From contig NC_085846.1 in NCBI RefSeq assembly GCF_035594765.1, forward strand, positions 14,247,190 through 14,311,189: a stretch of 64,000 nucleotides of DNA, written 5' to 3'. Of the stretch, positions 21,512 to 33,858 are shown piece by piece (position 1 is the first letter of the stretch; each line of letters starts with the position of its first letter). Source of the stretch: Anolis carolinensis (taxonomy: Eukaryota). The notes beneath the pieces are model-generated. The model was given only the letters and a program-made list of their open reading frames with translations. It was not told the origin of the DNA and did no database searches. Made by a program: the position numbers and the translations under genes.

Positions 21512-23446
21512 CAATTAAGTTACAGTCCTTTAGGGAACTTTATTGGCAGGAAAAAAAACCTTTGAATGAACCCTGTAAATAAATAAATAGTAGTGGGCAC
21601 ATCTTCTAGGGCACAACACAGAATTGTTGTGTGTGCCTTTCAGTCATTTCTGACTTATGGCAACCCTGAGGCACACCTATCATGAAGGTTTTGGAGGCTG
21701 AGGGTATGTGACTTGCTCAATAAATGAACGTCACACCTGTAGTCCCGTGCTCAAACTACTGTACGATGTTGGCTCTCAATCCATAGTCAGATCTCCCCTT
21801 TGATCTAATAGTTAAGTAGAAACAATTTTATTTAATTTGTAGTATGTAAATACGCTGTCAACATGTCTGTGTACTTAATAAATGTGTTAATCTCATGCCT
21901 AAATTTTCACAGCACATGACACTCCACACCCATAATATAAACCTTTTATCCATGCATACACTAATATTCCGCACCTTATACAAACACATTGTGTGCACGC
22001 CAACACTGCATGCCCCTGTTTTAACACTGTCTGATTTCTAGACTCAGAGTGAGAATTGTGCAGCCAGTTTCAAACTGCATTATATGGCAGTGTAGATGGG
22101 GCTATAGAAACATATCATGCATCCTTCTTAGGCATCTAACAGTATACTTCCCTCACAGTAAGGTAACCCTATGTCCTCTTATGCACATTGTGAAGACAGA
22201 CTCCTACAGACCTTGTCTGTATTAACCTGCCGAATGCTTTCCATATTCACATGGCATTAAGAAGCGACAGCCCCATTCTTCTTGGGCTTAACATATGTTT
22301 GCCTCCCACAGCACTTCTTTTCGTGCTGAAAAGGATAAGTGTTCAAAGCAGCCCTGAAAGCCACCTACGCCTATAGAAAAGTTTTGATTTGTTCGACAAG
22401 AGAACGGTCTTATCCATATAACCTCAGTAATAGCTTCTAGGGAGAAACCTGTGAGTGGGTTCTGACAGACATCTAGGATCCTGTCTTGTGGTATGTGCTT
22501 ATTTTTACACTTAAATCTCCCCCAAGGAGTCTAAAGTGACACATGATCACACTATTTTATCATCACAACCTACCAGCTGTTAGGAATTGTGGGAGATGAA
22601 GTCCAAAAACACCTGGAGGGCTGAAGTTTGCCCATGCCTGTCTTTGACCCTCACCCCTTCAACCTTTCTCCTAATCACATTGTATTTATATTTCTTACCC
22701 CAGATATCTTGGTGGTAGAAGGAAGACAGGATGGCCCAGCCTCTCTCTCTGCTCCACAGAACTAAAAATAGCCGGACATGTGGGAAGGGTGTGGAAATGA
22801 AGACCAGCTGAAGCAAAGGGGAGAGAAACCCACCCAATGCATATTGACTCCTCTCCCTTTACAAGCTGATTTCTAGCTCCTCTCTGGGGGGAAGGTATGG
22901 GCAAATTCCTGGAGAATGGGAAGAAAATTATTACAGTACAGTCTCACTTATCCAAGCTAAATGGGCCGGCAGAACCTTGGATAAGTGAATATCTTGGATA
23001 ATAAAGAGGGATTAAGAAAAAGCCTATTAAACATCAAATTAGGTTATGATTTTACAAATTAAGCACCAAAACATCATATTATACAACAAATTTGACAAAA
23101 AAGTAGTTCAATACGCAGTAATGTTATGTTGTAATTACTGTATTTCAGAATTTAGCACCAAAATATCATGATATATTGAAAACATTGACTACAAAAATGG
23201 AGACTCTACTGTACTACTACTACTATTATTATTATTATTATTAATTCATTTCTATCCCACTTTTCTCCTATGGGTGGAACTCAAAGTGGCTTACAAAATA
23301 CAAAACCAATACAAATACATCCACACACAATACATAAACCAATACAAAAACCCAATTTAACATATCATATAAAACAGTTAAAACTTACAGCAAGCACAAT
23401 TTAAAGGCATCTATAACTTCTGGCCACTGAGGTTATTTGTCAAATA

Positions 23447-23762
23447 TTGTGGTGGCGCAGCAGGTTAAACCGCTGAGCTGCCGAACTTGCTGACCGAAAG
23501 GTTGCCAGTTCGAATCCAGGGAGCGGAGTGAGCTCCCACTGTTATTCCCAGCTTCTGCCAACCTAGCAGTTCGAAAACATGCAAATGTGAGTAGATCATT
23601 ACCAGCAGTAAGGTAACAGCACTCCATGCAGTCATGCTTATGGCCACATGACCTTGGAGGTGTCTATGGACAATGCCGGCTCTTCGGCTTAGAAATGGAG
23701 ATGAGCACCAACCACCCAAAGTCGGACACGATGAGACTTAATGTCAGGGGAAAACCTTTATC
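23447..23762 (+). mobile_element. Sauria SINE; a full-length copy lies on the minus strand at about 57668-57998 and a partial one at about 51145-51285
   Basis: tRNA-like head (tggcgcagcagg..gttcgaatcc), body aacctagcagttcgaaaacatgcaaatgtgagtagatca and a BovB-like tail ending in ACCTTT repeats. Confidence 0.8.
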
Positions 23763-24098
23763 TTTATTATCAAACTGCCAGTGCCTATTATCAAATTTGA
23801 GAGCCTATTTTAATTATTTGTTTAGTTATTTATTACTTATTTATAGCCTACTGTCAATATGGTATCGGGGGGGGGGGGGGACAAGGAATTAACGATGACC
23901 CACCTCGAGCCATGAGGAGAGGAGGGTAAGAAATAAAATTATTATTAGTATTATTATTTGAGCAAGAACCAGTCAGCGGTTCTCGTGTAGAGTTCCCAGA
24001 GTGAAAACTGGAGAGGGATCCATTTAGTCTTTTTTGCTGATCCTGGGGCAATTGACATTCCTCTGCTGCAAGAATAGAGTACCAGGGCCTCTTCATTC

Positions 24099-24116
24099 CT
24101 CCACCAGGGGGCGCTG
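24099..24116 (+). promoter_or_regulatory. CTCF binding motif
   Basis: CCACCAGGGGGCGC at 24101-24114 matches the canonical CTCF core and lies outside recognisable repeats. Confidence 0.7.
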
Positions 24117-27100
24117 TTATACTTCTGTACTACTGTAATAGTTCTGAGAACTATTAAGGCTACATCTACACTGTAGAATGAATGCAGTTTGACACCATTT
24201 TAACTGCCATGGGAGAAGTATCAATTGTACTTTGCTTCAACCCTGATAGTAGCTGGATGGGGGACCCAAAGAATAGCTGATGCCGCTGAATTACTGTAAG
24301 TTTTCCGGGCAGTGTGGCCATGTTCCAGAAGCATTCTCTCCTGACGTTTCGCCCACATCTATGGCAGGCATCCTTAGGATATATTTCAGAAGAAATCAGT
24401 GGCAAACCATCTCTGAATATTCTTTGTTAAATGGAATGTTAATTCACGGGGTTGCCATCAGTCGACAGATGATTTGAAGACACCCACACATAGATTTAAA
24501 TGATGTGGTGGGTGGGAGAGCCTTAAAAAGGTGTTGGAAGTATTGGAGAGAAGTTTGAAACCCATTATGTAGGTGTGTCTTCAATTCACCTGACGACTTA
24601 TGGTAGCCCCATGAACTTTATAGGGTTTTCTTAGGCAAAGAATAGTCAGAGGTGGTTTTGCCAGTTCCTTCTTCTGAAACATAGCCTACAGCACCTGGTA
24701 TTTATTGGTGGCCTCCCATCTAAACATAAAGCAGGGCATTTAAATATCAAGCAGGGATCAGCTTAGCTTCCAAAATTAGATGTGATCTGGTACCTTTAGG
24801 ATAGTTAGGACCCCCTCACACAATATATAGTATTAGCTGTGAATGGGAGACTACCAATGATTACCAAGCATTGTAGGCTATTAGAAGTCATAAATGACTT
24901 GAGCACCTAGCAACAACATAATCCAAAAATGTTTTTTCCAAGGCTCTGATGTATCAATGCTGTTTGCCAAAGTCACATTACGTGTTGTCGAAGGCTTTCA
25001 TGGTCGGAATCACTCGATTGCTGTGCTGTATGGCCATGTTCCAGAAGCATTCTCTCCTGATGTTTCACCCACATCTATGGCAGGCATCCTCAGCGGTTAT
25101 GAGGTCAGTTTCCAACAGACCTCACAACCTCTGAGGATGCCTGCCATAGATGTGGGTGAAATGTCAGGAGAGAATGCTTCTGGAACATGGCCATACAGCC
25201 CGGAAAACCCACAGCAACCCTCACATTATGTGCTTTGGCTACTGCCTATCCAAAGCAACCTGAAACATTTTGTTAATATTTTGTACTGCATTCTATAATC
25301 ATTGTGGTTGATTAGTGGAGATTTATTGTGTTTGTTAGATATTACGGTATTTAACAAGAAATTAATACAGTAGAGTCTCACTTATCCAACATAAACGGGC
25401 CAGCAGAACGTTGTATTGAAAACATTGACTACAAAACCACCGACTACTAAAAAGCAAACTGCGTTAGATAATCCAGAATGTTGGCTAAGCGGAGGTTGGA
25501 TAAGCAAGACTCTACTGTACTACTCTTTAACATTTAGTAAGCATAAATACAGTATGACCTCCGTATCCATGGGATGAGTACCTGTGATTTTATTTACCAT
25601 GTCCAACAAAATATGTCATTTCTAGGCATTTTCTAGATCCTTCAGCATGACTCTATGGCCCTTTCTACACTGCCATATAAAATCCAGATGTTCTGCTTTC
25701 AACTGGATTATATGGTTGTGGAGACTCATATAACCCAGCTCAAAGCAGATAATGTGAACGATCTGTTTGATAATCTGGATTATATGGCATTGTATGGTAT
25801 TATTGGGCTAGAAATCCTTTACTTCAACAGTGCTTGCTATTATCTGAAGTTTCACATATTCACATAAAGTCCAGGAACGCACTTCTACATTGCCATAAAA
25901 TAGAGTTTATCAAAGCAGATAATCAACGTGATCTGCTTTGAACCGTATTATACGAGTCTACCTGGATTTTATATGGCAGTGTAGGAGGGCCCATAGTATT
26001 CTGCATGACTATAATAAGGCTTGATCCAGCCAAGACCAAACTATGTGATGGAGAATTTCTTGCTTGTGTAAGCAAACATATTATTTCATTGAGTAGCAAT
26101 GGAAAAACATATCATCTATCAGGATTTCAAGGAAGTTCCTGCTACCCATGTCTCCTCTCATTCACTTTGCATGTGCCAAGAGTTTGCTTGCATATCATAC
26201 CTTAAAATATAGCAACACACGACACAGCCTTAGCACTCTGGATGGAGGTCTACATCGGCCGGTTTGTTGAGTCACTTCTACCTCTAAAAGTAGCTCAGGA
26301 ACCCTTTCCTCCAGGCCCTGTCCCAACCCATTGCATTTATGGTGCGTGGTCCTCTTCCGTCATCTCCAATGTAGTTTTGCTGCGTCATTTGCAACATGAC
26401 CCTCGCTGGAAATAAACAGGCGCCGTAGCCTTTTAGGAATACAGCGGGACTCTTATCTGCCAGAGGGCTGCAGTGTGGCATTGGAAAGTAAACCATTATA
26501 TACAAGCAATCAGTAGAAAACTATTACATTTATTATGGCATATATTCAGCGGACCTCAGTCTATTTCAGAAGATAATACAGTCCATAAAGATCTAGATCA
26601 TAACATATTAGTTTAATCACATATTAGGTGTGTGAATTAGACTGTGATATTTTTTGTGTTGTCTAAGGCTTTCATGGCTGGAATCACTGTGAGTTTTCCG
26701 GGCTGTATGGCTATGTTCCAGAAGCATTCTCTCCTGACATTTTGCCCACATCTATGGCAGGCATTCTCACAACCCCTGAGGATGCCTGCCATAGATGTGG
26801 GTGAAATGTCAGGGGAGAATGCTTCTGGAACATGGCCATACAACCCAGAAAACCCAATGCAACCCATTTGAAGGTTTTATTATTAATAGTTTTAATATTT
26901 CATCCTGTTTTATTTAATGTTCGTTTTTTTAGCTTTCAAATTATATACAGTAGAGTCTTGCTTATCCAACATAAACGGGCCGACAGAATGTTGGATAAGC
27001 AAAAATATTGGATAATAAGGAGGGATTAAGGAAAAGCCTATTAAACGTCATGATTTTGCAAATTAAACACCAAAACATCATGTTTTACAACAAATCAACA

Positions 27101-28366
27101 GAAAAAGCAGTTCAATACACAATAACATTACGTAGTTATTACTGTATTTACAAATTTAGCACCAAAACATCACAATGCATTGAAAACATTGACTAAAATA
27201 AAGATAGAATTGCATAAAATGAACGTACAGTAACAACATTGTCGGAAGTTAAATCCATAAAAAGTTCAGTCCTTGCTGCCTAGAGAAACAACTGTGGATA
27301 TGTGCAGGAGGCAGACTGCGTTGGATAATCCTGAATGTTGGATAAGCGAAGGTTGGATAAGTGAGATTCTACTGTATTGTATATAATATATATATATATA
27401 TATTCCACTGCCGAACCATTCTTACCATCAGGAAGTTATTTCTAATATTTAGGTAGAATACCTATTCCTGAATCCATTGCTTTAATACTTTCCTACGTTG
27501 CTATCAAAGCAAAGTCATGCTATGGTTGGAATGCTGGACGTTGGTTTAGAAAATCAAGATTCTAGCCCTCATTGAGCCATAAACTCACTGGATTGTGAGC
27601 ATTCACTCCCTCCACTTGTGATATGCCATAGTGATTTTATAAAGGTGTTAAATCATATGCCATTTTGACAGATGACACTGTGCCCTCCAGATCCATCATT
27701 TCATATTTCATATTATTAAATGCAACGATGTGAACACAGACATGCTGAAGTTAATGCATACATACTGCTGCATCATTGGGAATCTCTATGACCCGCATCT
27801 ACATTGCATTGACCAGGCATGGGCAAACTTCGGCCCTCCGGGTGTTTTGGACTACAACTCCCACAATTCCTAACCGCCTACCGGCGGTTAGGAATTGTGG
27901 GAGTTGTAGTCCAAAACACCCGGAGGGCCGAAGTTTGCCCATGCAGATGTTGTGGATCATCTGCCTTGATATTCTGGGTTATATGGCTGTGCGGAAAGGC
28001 CCTGAGCCTCATCTGAAGGTTCTTATCTGATTGCGTTTAGCACAGAGAAAAAAAATGACCCAGGTTTTAGGTTTTGAAAAATCCCAATAAATGCTAACAT
28101 TAAATCAACTCAACCAGGGAAAAGTAAAAAAGAAACACAGGAGAAAGACGCCCACTCACACACCTGGCACATAGCAACATTGTGGAGCAAGCAACACAAA
28201 TATTGTGTCTATGTTTAGCTCTGTATCCAACATGATTGCATGGTATTACTGCATACGCACCAAGATTTCGCAGATGTGTGGCCCAAGGAATATAAGAAGG
28301 TGATCAAAATGTCAATATTAATAAGCAAGGAAAGAATGCAGAAGTCGCTTTTCCCCCGTATCCACG

Positions 28367-29360
28367 GCTACTTCTACACTGTCATATAATCCAGATTATC
28401 AAAGCAGATCATCCACATTATCTGCTTTGAACTTGCTTATATTAGGCCCCTTCCACACAGGTGAATAAAATCCCACATTATCTGCTTTGAACTGGAATAT
28501 ATGGCAGTGTGGACTCACATATCCCAGTTTAAAGCAGATATTGTGGGATTTTCTGCCTTTATATTCTGGGTTATATGGCTGTGTGGAAGAGCCCTTAGTC
28601 TACACCGCTATATAATCCAGTTCAAAGCAGATAATCTGGATTTTATATGGCTATGTAGAAGGGGCCGCCACGGCCATATAATACAGTTTCAGAATGCAGA
28701 TTAACTGCATTGAACTGGATTATATGGAAGTGTAAACGCATATAATCCAGTTCAATACAATTAATCTGCATTCTGAAACTGTATTACATGGCAGTTATAG
28801 ATGGGGCCTCCAGAATATCAAGGCAAATAATTCACATTATCTGCTTTGAAGTGGATAATCTGAGTCCACACTGCCATACAATCCAGTTCAAAGCAGATAA
28901 TCTGGTAATGTAGAAGGGGCCTAATTGGCCATGTATCCTCATATCATTCATTTATATGCATATCATGTATATGTATATGTACATCAATTAATTAAGTAGA
29001 GATATGCCAGCCATTAATGAATTAACCGAATGAAAACTTTTGCAGTTTGACCTCAACACCCTTCCATGCAGCCATATAACCCAGAATATCAAGGCAGATA
29101 ATCCACAATGTCTGCTTTGAAATTGATTATCTGACTTTACACTGCCATGTAATCCAGTTTAATGTGGATTTTATACAGCTGTGTGGAAGGGGCCTCAGTT
29201 AGCAGTGATTAAACTAAAAAAAAAAAAAAGATGGAGAGAGAAACTGGAGATGCATCTACACTATAGACCTATTGCGGTTTGATACCACTTCTAACTGCCA
29301 TGACTCAGTGGAGTTGTAGCTTGACAAGGCCTTTAGCCCTCTCTGCCAAAGAGTTCCGAA
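28367..29360. mobile_element. Cluster of nested PIF/Harbinger-type MITEs; dispersed copies at about 10656-10795, 36284-36422, 43110-43315, 48476-48685 and 58822-59075
   Basis: TIRs ggcccc/ttccacacag and gcatctacac, with TTA duplications at 28442/28595 and 36281/36423. Confidence 0.65.
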
Positions 29361-29519
29361 TCACAATCTCCAGGATTCCATAGCATTGAGCCATAGCAAT
29401 TAAAGTGGTATCAAACTGTGTTAAGTCTACAGTGTGGACAATGTGAAAACATCTGAAAAAAGTGGGACGACAGGGAATTAAAGTGGGATGATAGGGGATT
29501 AATGAAATAGGAATGGTAT

Positions 29520-29522
<3 letters not shown>

Positions 29523-29562
<40 letters not shown>
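29523..29562. repeat. (AT)n microsatellite; others are (ACAT)n/(AT)n at about 47480-47538 and (AAT)n at about 50206-50273
   Basis: Read directly from the sequence. Confidence 0.9.
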
Positions 29563-29565
<3 letters not shown>

Positions 29566-29839
29566 ATTCCATAGCATCAAGCCATAGGCATTAAAGTGGT
29601 ATCAAACTGCGTTAAGTCTACAGTGTGGACAATGTGAAAAATCTGAAAAAAGTGGGACGACAGGGAATTAAAGTGGGATGATAGGGGGATTAATGCAATA
29701 GGAAGGGTATGGCATATAATTCTTTGGCAGCATGGCCTTCCAAAGTTTGGGGATCTTGTGGATCTTTTAGATCCATGCATGATCTGAGAGGGGAAGGAAG
29801 GAAATGCATGGCTTTGGGGAAGAAACTTGTGGGGGGTCC

Positions 29840-30190
29840 AGCCTCTGACGTCACCCCAACCCCCTCCCAGCAGACAATAGGCCTCATTCATCCTCCCCCG
29901 CCCGCCTTCGCCATCCTCTCACGATCTGCTCACACACAAAGAGGCCCATTCAGCTTCCAAAAGGGTCCGGCTCCTTTTGGTTGGCCGACTCGCCTGTCAT
30001 TCATCCAAAAGGGTGTGCGCGGCGGCCTCCTTCAGCCTATCCTCTCCTCACGATTCGACCCCACCCCTTTATGCACCTGATTGGTCGTAGTGGGCGTGGC
30101 TAAAGGGCCCGGACTCCTCCCCCGAGGCAGTGGCAGTTCAGTTGCGGTTGGGCCTTGGAGGAGAGAGGATCTCTGTCTCCGGAGGTACAG
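29840..30190 (+). promoter_or_regulatory. CpG-rich promoter and probable non-coding exon 1 of the myosin gene
   Basis: Palindromic CRE TGACGTCA at 29846-29853, inverted CCAAT (ATTGG 30080-30084), GC/KLF box GGGCGTGGC at 30092-30100, Inr-like CAGTT and a donor GAG|GTACAG at 30184/30185. The first coding exon at 51366 starts with an acceptor, so a 5' UTR exon is required. Confidence 0.6.
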
Positions 30191-31380
30191 TATATAGACC
30201 TTGCTTAGGGCCCTGTCTGGTTGTTTTTCCTTCTTTTCTTTTGCCGTGTCCTATAAGGATCCTTTCCTTATAGGACACAGACTTTGTGCCCTTATGTAAT
30301 TTTTATTTATAAGTGCCATGGCTTGAAATAGTTGATGAGCTTAAGAAGAGGTGTGATCCTTTCCTTGTCATTGGGAGGGTCTGGCTTAGGATCTGCAAAG
30401 GAAAAAAATGGCAGGGAAGCTGTGATTTAGCCTTGCATGGTTGTGGGTTGGGTTTGGGATGGAAATGGCACAGAATATTATTTTATTTTTGTTATTATAT
30501 TGTTGATTTTGTGATTATATTATTTTATTTTTGTGACTATATTATATATATTTTTGTTATTATAAATCTGCATTGCTTTGACATTTTCCAGCCATTCCTT
30601 GCTCTCACCTACCTGTCTTATTACCCCCCCCCCCCTTTTGGATGTTTTCTCTATAGTCACCTGCCTTTTTTATCTTTTCTCTATACTGGATGTCATTCAT
30701 TGATTCAGCAAGCTGTGCTCTACAATCCACCCCTTTTGTAGCCATTTCATTACCTTATCCTTGACTTTGGGTGTCCATTCCTCCATCTATCTCTAGCCTT
30801 TATTGGTGACCAGCCAGAGAATGTCAGCTGCTGGATTTCTGCAGGGTTTTTCTTTCCTCCTGGTGCTTTATTTTTTTCCCTTTCCCCCATCCCCGCCTAC
30901 ACTCCATTTGGGGCTTTGCTCAGGTACAGATCTGCGGTCCTTTCCAAGCTTGTTTTGTCATTCAAATAAAGAAAATATATATTTTTAAAGGCACACATTA
31001 CTGCTAATTTAGAGGTAGGAAAAAGAACTACAGAACCTCAAAGGCTTTTTGTTGGGGGCATGTATGTGATGGGTGGATTTGCTCCCCTTCTTTCTTAACA
31101 TTGTAAAGCATTATAATTATTATTATTGGGTTGCTGTGAGTTTTCCAGGCTGCATGGCCATCTTCCAGATGTTTTGCCCACATTTATTCTAGTTAAGTTT
31201 TATGTGATACATTGAATTTTTACCACTATTCAACACTTTTGAATCTAAGAGAGAATAAATTGGTATACAAATAATAATAATGATGATGATGATGATGTGT
31301 TGTCGAAGGCTTTCATGGCCAGAATCACTGGGTTGCTGAGAGTTTTCCGGGCTGTATGTCCATGTTCCAGAAGCATTCTC

Positions 31381-31422
31381 TCCTGACGTTTCGCTCACAT
31401 CCATGGCAGGCATCCTCAGAGG
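31381..31422 (-). ncRNA. Minimal type I hammerhead ribozyme within a Penelope repeat (best-preserved copy)
   Basis: The minus strand reads cct-CUGAGGA-U-gccugc-cauggau-gugagc-GAAA-c-GUC-agg: conserved core, stem II, palindromic ACGU stem III and a 3-bp stem I. Confidence 0.65.
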
Positions 31423-33211
31423 TTGTGAGGTATATTGAAAACTAGATAAGAGAGGTTTATATATCTGTAGAAAGTCCAGAGTGGGAGAAGGTACTCATGT
31501 CTGTTGGAGGCAAGTGTGAATGTTGCATTTAATCACCTTGATTAGCATTGAAAAGCTTTGCAGTTTCAAAGCCTGGCTGATTCCTGCTTGAGGAATCTTT
31601 CGTTGGGAGGTGTTAGCTGGCCCTGATTGTTTCATGTCTGGAATTCCCCTGTTTTCTGAGTGTTGTTCTTTGCTGTCCTGATTTTAGAGGTTTTTTTTAA
31701 TACTGGTAGCCAGATTTTGTTGACTTTCATTGTGTCCTCCATGCTTGTGGATTTCAGTGGCTTCTCTGGATTCCCCTAATGAAATTAGATCGCTCCCCAC
31801 CCTCCTGGCCTTCAGAAAATGACTAAAAACATGGCTTTGGGGTCAGGCTTTTGTTAAATAATGGGAGCAGTGCAATAATAGACTATAAACTAATTCAATG
31901 ATGACTCGGACTGGATTGGTCTTGGAATATGATTTGGATCATGTGATTTTAATTCTTGTTTTAATGTTATCTTTTAATTGGTTGGTTTTAATGTTTTGTT
32001 TATTCATTGATGTATGTATAGATGCAGCATTGAATTGTTGCCTTTGTAAGGCCGCCTTGAGTCCCCTTCGTGGTAGAGAAAGGCAGGATACAAGTATGGT
32101 AATAATAATCAAGGTGATTAATTGCAACATTCACACTTGCCTCTAACAGACGAATTTTTTCTCCCACCCTGGACCTTCCACAGATATATAAACCTCCCTT
32201 GCCTAGTTTCCAATATACTTCACAACCTCTGAGGATGCCTGCCATAGATGTGGGAGAAATGTCAGAAAAGAATGCTTCTGGAACATGGCCATACAGCCCG
32301 GAAAACTCATAGCAACACGGTGATTCCCGCCATGAAAGCCTTCAACAACACATTATTATTATTACTTTATTATGACACAGCAAACAAAATAGATATGCTG
32401 GATTTCGTATCACAAAATCACAAGTCGAACACTTCCCAAGTGTCTAGGACTCTGTGATGTATTTTTGGATGATGCGTGCAGATCCCAGTAGGGTGGCCTT
32501 TTGCAGTTGGCAGATCGTGATTTTGTCAATCTCTATTGTTTTCAATGCCGGCTGAGATCTTTTGGCACGGCACCCAATTATTATTATTATTATTATTATT
32601 ATTTATATACCACTTTATTCTCTCTTAGATTCAAAAGTGTTGAACAGTGGTAAAAATTAAATGTACCATTTAGAACTTAACTAGAATTAAATGCAGAACT
32701 CTCTAAACATGAATAATCAAAACCTATGTAAAATATATTTAGAAGACAGAAAGCTATTACTGTAAAAACAAAAAGGACTGGTTGTAGTGCTGATTTCATT
32801 TGTAAACAGAGGAATGACAAGGGAGGATATTACATGAGGATATATGATAATTAAGGTTTCTGATATAACACCCATTTGTCAATTACACTGTAGATTTCAT
32901 ACAGTTTGAAGCCATTTTAACCGCCATGATTCAATGCTATGGACATATGGGAGTTGTAGTTTTACAAGGTCTTTAGCTTTCTCTGATGAACAGTGCTGGC
33001 CTCGCCATACTACAGCTCCCATGATTCCACAGCTTTGAGTCATGGTAGTTAAAGTGGTGTCAAACTGCATTATTTCTATAGTGTAGCTGTACCCCTAGAT
33101 ATACTGGATCAGAGCAGGCCATGTTTGGACTCATAGTAACTTGCATGTATAGCAGGCATGGGCAAACTTCAGCCCTACAGGTGCTTTGGACTTCAACTGC
33201 CACAATTCCTA

Positions 33212-33858
33212 CCCTGTTTCCCCGAAAATAAGACCCCCGAAAAATAAGACCTAGTACAGGTTTTGCTGAATTGCTAAATATAAGGCCTCCCCCAAAAGTA
33301 AGACCTAGCAAAGTTTGTGTTTGGAAACACACCTGCCAAACACAATACCAGAGCATGCAGGATCAATAAATGTATGTACCATAGATTGTTGTACATGGAA
33401 ATAATGGGCTCGGGCTGTAGCGCAGGCTGGAGAGCAGCTGCAATGAATCACTGCAATGAATCACTCTGACCAGGAGGTCATGAGTTCGAGGCCTGCTCGG
33501 AGCCTATGTTTGTTTGTCTTAGTTCTATGTTAAAAGGCATTGAATGTTTGCCTATATGTGTAATGTGATCCGCCCTGAGTCCCCTTCGGGGTGAGAAGGG
33601 TGGAATATAAATGCTGTAAATAAATAAGTAAATAATGGTAGTAACAAGAAATTATTGATAGGATTCACAGTTTGTCTGGTTATGATGGTTTGTGATGACA
33701 ACTACTGTACAGTGTATAATAAATGTTTATTTTTTGTTCAACAATAAATGTGAATTCTTCTTCATGGAAAAATAAGTCATCCCCTGAAAATAAGACCTAG
33801 CACATCTTTGGGAGCAAAAATTAATATAAGACACTGTCTTATTTTTGGGGAAACACGG
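33212..33858. mobile_element. Tigger-like MITE inserted in a hAT MITE and itself carrying a SINE (33408-33629)
   Basis: TIR ccctgtttccccgaaaataaga / tcttatttttggggaaacacgg with TA duplication. The inner SINE is flanked by the 9-bp direct repeat aaataatgg. Confidence 0.8.

Noticed and set aside
21069-21518. Recurrent peptide family (..SGENASGTWPYSPENSQQP) seen in many ORFs
   Set aside because: It is a translation of Penelope terminal repeats, not a host gene family.
23447-23530. tRNA gene
   Set aside because: The A/B boxes belong to a SINE head continuous with the Sauria SINE body; no cloverleaf.
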